A DNA stretch of 64,000 bases from Mytilus californianus. Taxonomy: Eukaryota. Shown here in pieces: positions 1-10,870 of the stretch (position 1 is its first letter; each line of letters starts with the position of its first letter). The stretch spans positions 74,028,001-74,092,000 of the forward strand of contig NW_026262668.1 of NCBI RefSeq assembly GCF_021869535.1, written 5' to 3'. Made by a program: the position numbers and the translations under genes. Under the pieces are notes generated by a model, which saw only the letters and a list, made by a program, of their open reading frames with translations, ran no database searches and was not told the origin of the DNA.

Positions 1-1538
1 CATCCAGCTTTAAATTTTATAAATGAGGTACCAAAAGAAAGAAGAAAGATTAATCTTTCAAATGATGAAAACGTCAATTTGACATAATTATTACATAATT
101 AATTATTATGTAATTAGTTGCTATATTGAGATGTCCACACTTGAATGAAAATAGCTTCTTTGTTATTCATAGCATCCCAAAATATTTTATAGATTCTTGT
201 ATAACACAGTTTGACCTCCAAAAGGGTGTCTCAGATTTTTCCTATTGTATTTCATTCTCTCATAAACCTTCAATGAAGTTTGCAACCTAAATTCATAAGA
301 GATCACTAAATTTAATTGGGTATAAAATTTGTTCTATTGATGTTTTTGGAAATCTGAGACACCCTTTTGAAGATAACTGGTCAAGGAACAACTTGTGTGA
401 AAATCAGACATATAGGGGCACCCATCTAGGAGCTAAATTCATTTAAAACTACATTTTCATGACAAAAATGAATGTGTCACAATTGAATAAATAAGGATTT
501 TCCTACTTGTACCCCATTAACTTCAATATAATTCACACATGTACCATTGGGATATTTCAGGATTGGCCTTCAATCATAAATCAATTAGGTTTTGACCAGT
601 AAGAAAGCATTCAATTTCAGCAATTCTTAATATATAGAGAAAATGCACACCCTATGCATCAAAAACCAGATCTGGCGGGAGATGTTATATCATTATTGAC
701 CTTGTTGTAAGTCAGTTGCTACTGATATGGTCAAAACTCCGCCCACCATGCTAAACCTTTACTACTAATGATCTCAGAAGTTTAATTACACATTGCATTT
801 ACTTTTTTCAATATGGATTTTATTCATTTAGTACATAACATAATATATTTTGTTTTTTTATTGTTACAAAAAGTAAGTTATGCATGTGTACACAAAATGA
901 TCAGTTGGTCAGTTTAGGGGATCCTTATGGGGGATTTTTAGAATTGTAATTGTATACAAGGACAATATGGTGTTTTACACAAAGTAGATTTTGTTCAATT
1001 TTGCAGTTTGAAAATGAAATATTTAATTTGTATTTTCTATTAAAAAGAATTCACATCTAAACATTCTCCCCCAAGAAATTTCAGTACATTAATTGTTATA
1101 CAATTACATTTGTTTAATTTCTGTACATTTATATTTTGATTCCCTCTATATCTCCAAATAGTAACTTTGTTTTTTTTCTCCTGGCAGCTACATTAATGAA
1201 ATGTATTTTTATTTGGAATTCCTTATCTTCATTTTTCCATTAATCCCTAATCCACCTCTTTTTCGTAACTGTTATTTGTATTGCTGGTCAGTGGTCATAA
1301 AGCTATCAAATGATTCTATTGATTAACCACAAAGTACTGCCCACATGTTCTTATCTTGTATCAGTCAGACACGTGCATTTGTTTATACATGTTGTAAAAC
1401 TAATTATCATCAAAACTCATTAACAGTTCAAGATATGTAAATGAATTTTTCTTCTGTGGTTTTGGAATATTAAGAAGTAACAAAAACAGCTGAAAATGAA
1501 ATTTTGATAAAATTTAGTTGCTTTTGCATTGTGCTACC
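1..1538. mobile_element. Truncated non-coding DNA-transposon-like repeat (possible Kolobok-type end)
   Basis: Ends ...GTGCTACC|TTAA at 1538-1542, i.e. TTAA-GG.. on the minus strand, which fits a Kolobok-like terminus with a TTAA target. Contains an internal inverted repeat, CAAAAGGGTGTCTCAGATTT (~219-238) vs AAATCTGAGACACCCTTTTG (~350-369). The other end is not in the window. Confidence 0.3.
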
Positions 1539-1995
1539 TTAAAGGGGCCAAATAGTCCAGCAAATAGGTGAATAATTGTGCACTTTGTGTTAAAAGCATG
1601 AAATTTGGTAGAAACCTAATTTGGACCATTCTAAACAAAATTAGATATAGAGGCAAGCTTAATTTTATCAACTTCCGGTTTTATCATCAGAATGGCGGAC
1701 ACGCAATTGATAACTGGATATAGTTATTTATTTCTCACAATTGGTTGCCCAATTTTGCTTGGTATACGATATTATTATTGTGTATTCATGGATTTACATA
1801 GAGTAACATTTTTGTGAAGTCCTCGGGATATTTTATTCCGAATTTGTCACTTCCGGTCCAAAATATCACAAAAAACAGAGACAAAATACATGTTTTATAA
1901 AAATTAGCAAAGTTGTCCAAGTTGTCCTATAAAAGGAAATAAAAGATCTGATATTACTATGGTTCTTTTGACAAATAAACAAATTGAGAGACTTG

Positions 1996-4900
1996 TCATT
2001 CACAATCACCACCACATGCACACAAGGCAGTGCATGGGAGGGCAGACTGTCCACACTTGCAACGACCACGACATCCCCGTTTGCATCCACAGTGAATTAA
2101 CTCTTGACATGAAGATGATGCCTCTGACATATCGCTCAAAAATGGTTGCCATTGATCGCTTTTGTCTTTTATCCAGCCAAATGCATTTGGGCTAGGCAAT
2201 TGTGGTTCCAAGTTGAGACATTCACCCACCACACATCCACCTTGATAGATAGAACGTTTGGTGTGCTGGAAAAGGGCTGATTTTGTTGGTGGAATACTTT
2301 CAATGGACCTGCCTTTTTGAGCGAAAAGATGTTTTCGTGCCTCATTGAACTTCTCTGATATATTTGTTCGATCATACATCAGAATTACGAATCGTTCGAT
2401 TAATGTCATAATAGTGGTTTCGACATTCACAGTCCTTGCCTGGTCTCTCATAACGGTGAATGCTCTTGTGACATCATTAAATGCCATCCATGTATCTCAT
2501 GCTGTTTTTTTCCCTTTACCCGCGAACGATGAGACAGTGTCGCATCCAGTGAATACATGGAAGACAGGCAATGCATAAGCTTTTTCTAGTCCTAAAGTGT
2601 TAGCAAGCTCATGAATAGAAATGTATCTGAAATGTTTTCCAGTCCCAAAGGCAATCCATATTTCAGCTGCATTTGTCACATGAAAGCAAGACACAACAAT
2701 TACTACTACATCGGTATCAACTGTCCGAATCATCACTCTAGCATGTCCTTCTTTTATCGCATCTGCAATATGCACCATGATTCTGGTATCAGCTTCTTCT
2801 CGATTGCAAGATGCAAGGCCTAACGTGTCATCACGGGGAGGATTACACAAAACATGTTGTCCATCTGTAGCAATAATCTTCTTCCCGAAAATGTTCTCAT
2901 CCATCAATATATGCGACAGAAAATGAAAGAGCTCTGTTTTGATTTTATCTACACGCAAGAAGCTCTGCCAGTTTCTTGGTATGCATGTTTGCCCTTGAAC
3001 ACGTCTCCTTATTCCTGTTCCTCGCTTGCTTCTCGTAGCATTCTTTAAACTGTTATCTATGTAGGTATCCCACACTACATCAACTCTATGTACACTATCA
3101 AACTGTTTCCTATTGTATGGACAAAATATTGTCCCTGAATATTCATCAAAAGTTCGAGAGGCTCCGGGTTTTAACATATTTACAACAGCTGCACAATCAA
3201 TCACTATAGTGTCTACATTGGGTACATCTCCAGTTGATATTGTCAGTGGTTCTAAACACTTTGTAAGTAAGTCAGATTTAATTCCCTGACGAATGTTTCC
3301 ATTCAGACTCAATGCTTGTGGATGGATGTGATTTTCGTGTTCGAAGAACTCGACTAAGTTTCCTACTCTTGTTTGACATGATATATACAGTCTCGAAAAC
3401 AACGAAACTTCACTTTTCAAAACAGCAATTTTCCCTTTCGTGGTTGAAAGTGTCTTTTCTGGAGGGGTTCGAAATAATGGCAGTCCGTTTTTCTTGATAG
3501 GTTCAAAGACAGACACTGATCGGTTGATAAATCGATCTTCGATAAACTTTTCATACTGATCTTGACCAACCTTTCCTATTCGACGAACAGTGTCAACAAC
3601 TGCTGAGGGAGCTATATGTTTAGTATCTAGAACAAGCAGTTCGTTGCTGTCTTCGAGAAATGGATTTCCTAACTCGTCTATCACTTCTACCAAAGAGGTT
3701 ACATCGTGGATAAACGACCTTTGAACACTTTGCTTTTGCTCATGGTGATTTATGTCCTCTTCATCAAGAAATCGATCTATGCAGCTCTCAAACTCTTTAG
3801 CAAGTCTTGCCATTTCTGGTCCAGCAATCATCCATCTTCGGATGATCTTACTCACAGAATCTATGTACAGCTTGAAATTTCCTTCTCTGATTGCTCTAAT
3901 GAAAAGTAATGCGTCCAGTTCAAGTTTCATGGTTAAATACCAGTAATGAAAATGTGGCTTATCCAATGACATTTGCATACACCATTCCTCAAAACTTTGT
4001 ATTTCATCCAGGTTTTCCTTTTCAAGAAATTCATTGTAAGCAGCCTTAAGATGAATAAACAAACTACAAGCTGTCACTTGATGTGCACGTCGTGTTCTTG
4101 TTACATGGCTAGCTTTAAGAAACGCATCTGTTATACCAGAAGAAGCAACCTGGGCTTGCGTAATTGCACTTGTCCATCCTGAACATTCAAGCCAATCGCC
4201 GATTGTTTTGAATAAAGCCATCTCTATATGAAGTCCACCAAACATGATTAAAAATCGATCTTCGCCATACTGTTCCAGCCAATTCCATTGAATTTGTTTA
4301 GCAAGTGCGTACAGAGGCTGGTCAAAAGCTATCACTGGTGTTTGTCCTGGATTTAATGCTTGTATTGACAACATCAAAGGAGTGTTTTATCATAGCTACT
4401 GATTTCGCTTCTTCTTCAAATAGTGGTAATATAGCTGTTATGGAAGGTTCAATATCCTTAATTGGTTCCTGTTTAGCGTGGAAGGCTCCCCAAGACACAA
4501 CTGACATCTCATCAACTTGATCTTCTTGTATATCTGCTACCATTTTCAGCCATCTGCAACGAAATCAATTGGAACCTTAATATACGATAAAATTAGATTG
4601 TACATATAAGTTTGTATATACATTGTTGATTCCTGATATATTGTTAGCAAAACGTAGCTGAATGCAATTTGTTGCCTAGTGAATTTTGCATCATTATGAA
4701 AGGTTATAAAACATTAGTTGGTTCCTTTCATACAATTGCATAGAGTATCCGGGTAATTGGTAATCAATTTCTAATCTAAACTATTTCAATAAGAAGGTGT
4801 TATTGTTCAAGTATATTACTTATCTATATTCCTCCTGAACTGCTTCTTGTTGATCTTGAGTACAGCCAGTGTAAGGTCCTTCCTTCAGCGGTATCTCAGG

Positions 4901-6587
4901 AACTTTAGTCTTCAAGACAGCAGGTCTTACACTTGCAAACGATTCTGGTAACGTTTCAGTCACTTTTGTACACTGTGTTTGAAGTAGAAGCAAGTTCATT
5001 CTTTGTTCACCTTGTTCTTCACTTGTCACATGCTGAAATAATGATATCCCAGTACTGTGAAATGAGTCTTTTGCTGTAGTTGCATTTGGATTGTGGTCAA
5101 TGTTATCTACGGTAGCGGTTGTAAATAAACCTTTCTTCAGTGACGGTGGACACACAAACCCATCTTCTTGGTATTGCTTGCAAAGCTCATTGGTAATATT
5201 AGCGGATACTGAGAGCACTCTATCGTACGACACCGACAGACCTAAATGGAAAAATTTATTCACTATTCCTCGTTTTTGTGTCTGACAGTGAACCATTATC
5301 CCTAGGTACATATGTAATGGTGTTTCTCTAGATGCATGATGACGGGTCTTTGGAGAGTTACGGATTCGTTTGTAGCTGTTGAATATTAACATCTGAGCAA
5401 TCGTTAGTGTTTCCTGGGAATACGAGTCGGTTGTTATATCTTGTCCATACAACAACATACTAACAAGAGTTAAGAGAGATCTTGGAACCGAATTCTCCTG
5501 ACAGTTCACTGGAAAACTACCGTCAAACCCAGATGTAACACTAAACATGTCGCTGCGAATTATTTTTACTGCTTTATAAATCTGCATGTAGTTTGAATCA
5601 AAGTCATCATCACATGCTTTCTGAAGATCGGGTCCTATATCATCTTTGAAAGCAAGTAAACTCTCTCTCCCTTGTTTGTATTCCTGAATATCAGGGAAAT
5701 AAGCAAGAAGTCTATTCTTTGATCTTGTACTGTGAACTGCCTTCAATGTCAACACCTAGATTCCTTATTCGCCCAGAATAAACCTTTGAAAGATCTGACA
5801 TCTTGAATACTGGTGCTAAATCTTCCTCGGTTTTGGAATCTTCAATGTAGCTGATTAATTCAGCCAGTGCTATTCCATGGCTAATTCTAGTATCTCTTCC
5901 TTTTTCAGACTCATCTTCACTAGAAACTCTGGATGCCTTTCGATAAAGATTAGAAAGACATCGAACATGGTATTTCGCTTCTTGTGCAACAAGGTCCCCA
6001 GCACTGAGTTTCGCTAATAAAGCTGTGTCCTGAAGCTTCAGTGCACATTGACAAACACGGATATCAACATTACTTGTTGTTACTTCGTGGAGGTTTTCAT
6101 CTGGTTTATTCGAACCACAAAAGAAACATACATAATCTTTCATTGCTATTTTGCATGGCAAGCTGGTGCGGGTGAATTTTCGGCTCCGATTGGCTGTGTT
6201 TTCTGACATATCATATGTATCCACTTGGTGTCTTTTTTGTGCTCTCTTTAGTTCTGTTGAATTGAATTTTAAATAGCAGGTCTTATGCCATTTAGCATTG
6301 ATTTTGTACATCGTATTTTGAAGACCACTGCCATCATCTAATGCATTCAGATTTATTGTAGACGGTAGACTTTGCAGGTCTTTGAATTGTACGAGATTTT
6401 CAGCCAAAGTCACATAACCGGCACCAATATTAATACGCTTTGCCGATGTAGGACATTGCAGCAGTTCGTCTGTCATATTTTGACAAATTATACATTTAGT
6501 CCAGTCAACTTCTTCAACATTCGAGGAAGATGTTCCTGGTCTTTGATCATCTGATGTCTCAATAAGTTTAAATCTTTTAGATGTCAT
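1996..6587 (-). pseudogene. Academ-type transposase fused to XPG/FEN1-like nuclease and C-terminal CXC cysteine cluster; frameshifted
   Basis: ORF pieces 6587-5712, 5755-4820, 4543-4322, 4377-2497 and 2487-1996 read as one protein. N-terminal CxxC..HxxC zinc motifs (CIICQ..WHKTC; CFFCG..YHVRC). Transposase motifs TVDNID, AFDQPLY and FGGLHIEM. FEN/XPG-like acidic motifs VIDCAA, VVWDTY, REEADTRI, TVDTDV and FTGCDTVSSF. C-terminal CGCKRGCRGRCKC..CTALCAC. One intron at 4823-4554. Confidence 0.85.
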
Positions 6588-7000
6588 CTTTGCCTTGTTA
6601 TTTAGACTGTTGATTTATAAAGTGTAGGTCTATCTTCATTCTAAAATAATAATGAAATAATTTTATTCACCATATATGTATTTAAACGGTCACCAAAAAA
6701 CTAAATAGATGATTCTATTACATCCTTCTTCTTATTTTATGCAACTTAAAAGTCGACATGTTTCTTGTTATTCTTTCTGCTTCAACATTATAAAATAACA
6801 AGAAAACCATCTCATGTGATTCTGATCGAATTAAAACATCAGTTCTTGAAGGTTAAACTAAAATTTCTGAAAGAAAATTAAAAAGTTGAAATCTAGAACA
6901 TCCATCCGCTATATTGGATTTTACCGGAAGTTAACTATTTTTCCAGCTTGCCTCCATATCTAAAATTAAAGAGTATAGATAAAAGTATGTTTGAGCAAAA

Positions 7001-7578
7001 GGAGTAGGTCCGGTAAGAACCGATTTTGGCCTCAAATTATAGATTCATCTGACGAAAAACTTTGGACACTTTTTAAACACTTAAGTGTCTACTTCAACCG
7101 ATTCAATTAGTTTATGTGAAAGATTTGAACTGATTTAGTCATTAAAGACACTCAAATCCAAGCTTAAAAATGAAAAATCTGTCAAATATGCCATAATATG
7201 TCACTTTTCAGATGGTTTTTGTCAAAAATGAAATTGGCCGCATCCGTGTTCACTCTCAACCTTTATATATGTTATGTATTATCATCAAATACAACTTACA
7301 TTTAAATATTAAGAATGAACACAAAAGCGGCCACTTCCATTTAAGACGGAAACCGTCTAAAATTTAACTCAAATGCTAAAATTGTGAAGATTTCAGCAAT
7401 TTAGCATGACTTAATGATGCTAGTACCCGATATATGTGCATTGTATTGTCAAAAACAGCCCATATTTAGGTAACAGAAGTATTCTACTTTCCAATAGATA
7501 GCTTAAAGTTTACATTTTAACAATTTTGTAAAACTGCTATATTTTGGGGCCAAAAAGGGGTCTTACTGGACCTACTCC
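7001..7578. mobile_element. MITE (~578 bp) nested in the right TIR of the Academ element
   Basis: TIRs GGAGTAGGTCCGGTAAGAACCGATTTTGGCC (7001) and GGCCAAAAAGGGGTCTTACTGGACCTACTCC (ends 7578). Internal inverted repeat GGCCGCATCCGTGTTCA / TGAACACAAAAGCGGCC. No ORF. No clear TSD. Confidence 0.85.
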
Positions 7579-7910
7579 GATGGCGCTTTTAACACAAAAT
7601 GCACAATTTCTTCATATATTGCACCTATCTGCCGGACTGAAAATGTAGGATATTATTAATAAAATTTTTACCCAAAACAATTTACATACTTGATGAAAAT
7701 AAATCTTAACAAAAGTTTGTATTTGTTTACTTTTTTTCACCTTCTTTGACAAGTAAAACAATGTTTTAAGTAAGATATAAGCCTCTAACAGTTCATTATG
7801 TAAAATATTTTACAGAATGGACTGTTATCGGCTTATATCCTTTACATAAAGACCGGATGTCAATAATTTAAAGAGACCGCTTCAACTGTTTATGACATCA
7901 TGACTTTGAC

Positions 7911-8880
7911 ACATCTCGTGCCTTATTTGCAAAAGCAGGATTCAATTTAAGCTCTTGGGCATCGAACACGAAGACCTTACTAGATCGTGCAACGTCAGAA
8001 AAGGTACTTGATAATGACAAACTTATCAAAGTATTAGGACTTAGATGGAATACAGACCATGACACACTTACTTTTGTAAAACAGGAATACGTTGAAATGG
8101 AGGATACTTCGATTACAAAGCGTGAAATTCTTAGACAATCTTCAATGATTTACGATAATATTAGCGTTTCACAGATCACACTTTGAAGAGACAGTCAAAT
8201 TACACTGAGTTGGTTGATGACTACAAAACAATTACCAATTTTTGTAAAAAACAGAGTACCGGAAATAAATCAGCTTCCGCATGGATGTTCTTGGAGATAT
8301 TGTCCGACTGATTCAAACGACGCAGATCGCCCGTTGACTTATCATCGAATCCAACGGATAATGAACCATTGACACCCTCATATTTACTAGTACTCTATGT
8401 AAGGAAAATTACGTCTTTACCGTACACAGGAATTCTAGATGAAAACATTGAAGATTCAAAAAACTTAACACACTCATCAGCAAATAAAATATTACAGATT
8501 CAAAGTCGGATCATTCAAAATTTTTGGACAAGATGGAAACGTGAACACTCACATCATCACTTAGAGAACAACATCGAAACATTGGAGTAGACAAACAGAA
8601 CATTAATAATGGTGAAGTCGTACTGATACATGTTGAAAGTTCAAGAACAACTTGGAATATTAATGTATGGATCATCGACAAATTGATTCCAAGACGAGAT
8701 GGATTTAGCAAATCATCTATTTTACGGAATAAAAATAGTCTAACGTCTAGACCTATTAGCAAGTTATATCTTCTAGAACTGACTTCTAATGAATACACAT
8801 GACCGTGTGATGAAATATTACCCACAAGACGAGCGAAGACCGAAGCAAAAGAAAAGATAAAAATGTGGACCAAATGAGAC
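7911..8880 (+). mobile_element. BEL/Pao LTR-retrotransposon pol remnant, heavily deleted
   Basis: Manual translation gives AGFNLSSWASN, KVLGLRWNTDHDTLTF, TKREILRQSSMIYD, DSQITLSWL, FVKNRVPEI, WRYCPTDSNDAD, RPLTY, PLTPSYLL and NFWTRWKREH. These are diagnostic BEL/Pao RT-end, RNase H and C-terminal motifs, interrupted by stops and deletions. Confidence 0.85.
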
Positions 8881-9158
8881 CGTCGGTTATGATTACTGTA
8901 AACTATTTACCAGAACTTTGTGGACTGTTAAAAGTGTTTTATGAGTTTAGTCGTGCTTTATTATAGACTGAAACATCCTTTTTACTTTATCCGTGTGCAT
9001 TATAAAAAAGGACAGTTAAAGATATTTAAAGTTTTCCATTTATCAGAGACAGTAATTCAAAGTGAAGTTTATATTTAATATAGACAGTAATTCAAACTGA
9101 AACTTTCTTAATTTATTTTCATTATATTGTAATTTAATTCATTTGCGCGCCCCCAGAA

Positions 9159-9327
9159 TGTTCCGGATTGCACATACTAGTATGAGATGTTCGCGCTATC
9201 GCTCTTTATGTTTACGACGGCACCGCTGTTGTGACGTTACCTACTTCAGAGTTCCAATAGAAGTATCATTGCAGGCAGACGTTCTCATTACTTAGCCTTA
9301 ACATGTTAATTTGTGTCCGATACAACA
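9159..9327 (+). repeat. Putative 3' LTR of the BEL/Pao remnant
   Basis: Starts TG after GCGCGCCCCCAGAA (junction style seen in BEL elements) and ends ..ACAACA. No second copy in the window to confirm it. Confidence 0.3.
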
Positions 9328-10204
9328 ACTCTACGATAGTTTTAACCAATTAACCTTACAGTTTATATCATATAGATATGGGTTGTCTGTTTTCAAATCT
9401 TATTTTATTCAGAATGTATATGAATAACAATAAACTGAACTTTAAGATTAAACCAAGACAGAGAGCTCAATCCAGTGATATTCTTTGTAATACTGGCCAT
9501 TACTTGAATTATGAAGGACTGTTTGATACCAAACTGCATGGAGAACCTAAATTAATTCTATTAGATGTAGAATTAAAAATCAATGGAAGCTGTAGTCAAA
9601 CACCTCTCAATATCAAACACTAGATGAATAAATATGTAAAACATGTAATACTGTGGAAAGTCTTCAATGTCTATATTTTTTTCTTTCTTGGATTTGGTTT
9701 GTACTTACTCCTTTTTACAACTGGACCAATATGATATTTCAATACATTTCCTGTTTATGGGGCGTAGTCGTTAGATAGTTGTGACTGACACATTTTGTGT
9801 GGTAGACGAATTTCCTCTGAAAATGATCAAGAATGCGCTTAAGCTGGTTCTCGGCTGACTACTTACTACACTTTGAGCGTAGCGTAATACAAGCAGATTC
9901 CAGTTTAGCATGCGCTAAATACTGGAAACAAAATCAGAACCGGTTTTGGGGAATATCGGTAAATTTCCGGATTTTACGAATAACAGATTTCCCTCAAACA
10001 TTTTTTGTCCGACTTGTTTTCGGTCGATCAGATGAAGCATTGCTGTCTGTCTGACCAAATTTGCGACAGTCCTTTGTTGCATTTTGTGAAGTTCTCTTCT
10101 TTTTTTTCTGTTCGTAATTCTCTATTCTAAAAATCTCTCCAAGACACTCTTGGGTATTATTGCCTGCACATAATTTCTAGTGTTCCAAAAGAGAAAAGGT
10201 AATG

Positions 10205-10870
10205 TAGTTACTCTCGTCTTTCGCATTATCATACAATGAGACAAATTGCACATTATTTGGGTGATTCCGACACGTGTCATGCTGGTTTGTTTACGAAAAT
10301 AATGTCACATGATAGTTTGATGACCTCAGATACTATATTCTCTTATTGTTATCTATTTCTTGCATGACGAGATATTTCTCGTATCACATCGCACGGAGTG
10401 TGATACGAAAACTGCGTAAATTTGAGTGGCTTATTCAGCATCATGAGACTATATTACGACATCTTCATTGGCTATTCGTTTGGTCATTGATAACTTTCAA
10501 AGGTTGAGACGATGCACATTTCGTCCATGTAAACGGACATACGTGATTTTTTTTCAATAATATACAAAACACTCACACTTTTCACCAGAAAATGTTCTTT
10601 TTGACAATTTTCATTATATTCCGAGGCGTACAAAAAGTTTTGAAATGTCTGAAGTTAAAGTTTGACGCCAGAACAGGAGATATGACGTCATGCTGGTATG
10701 TGCAAAAACTTGATCAACGATTCGCGGAACTTTTAATTTAACACAATGAGAGTGTTGATCAGAAGAGAAAAAGGTTTAACAACTCTCGTTATCTAATTTA
10801 AATAGTAATAATAAACTCGCCGAAGGCTCGTTTATTATTATATTGAAACTAAATAACTCGAGTTGATATC
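10205..10870. repeat. Non-autonomous interspersed repeat with subterminal GAA-triloop hairpin
   Basis: Hairpin TAATAATAAAC-TC-GCC-GAA-GGC-TC-GTTTATTATTA at 10806-10840. Shares GAGTGTGATACGA and TGACGTCAT motifs with the repeat at 59.3-60.2 kb. Confidence 0.4.

Larger units (their letters stand above)
1553..7639 (-). mobile_element. Academ-superfamily (AcademX-like) DNA transposon, full-length but inactivated
   Basis: Imperfect TIRs: left TAGTCCAGCAAATAGGTG...TTGTGTTAAAAGC...TTAGATATAGAGGCAAGCT...AACTTCCGGT (1553-~1680); right, reverse-complemented, CAGTCCGGCAGATAGGTG...TTGTGTTAAAAGC...TTAGATATGGAGGCAAGCT...AACTTCCGGT (7639-~6920). YAG termini, flanked by AAA on both sides (candidate 3-bp TSD). 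Encloses a transposase/XPG-like reading frame. Confidence 0.8.

Noticed and set aside
8511-8873. 120-aa minus-strand ORF
   Set aside because: Antisense to the BEL/Pao C-terminal remnant.
9780-10110. Weak resemblance on the minus strand to a Tc1-like HTH region
   Set aside because: Needs several frameshifts and has no DDE motif or TIR; not supportable by eye.
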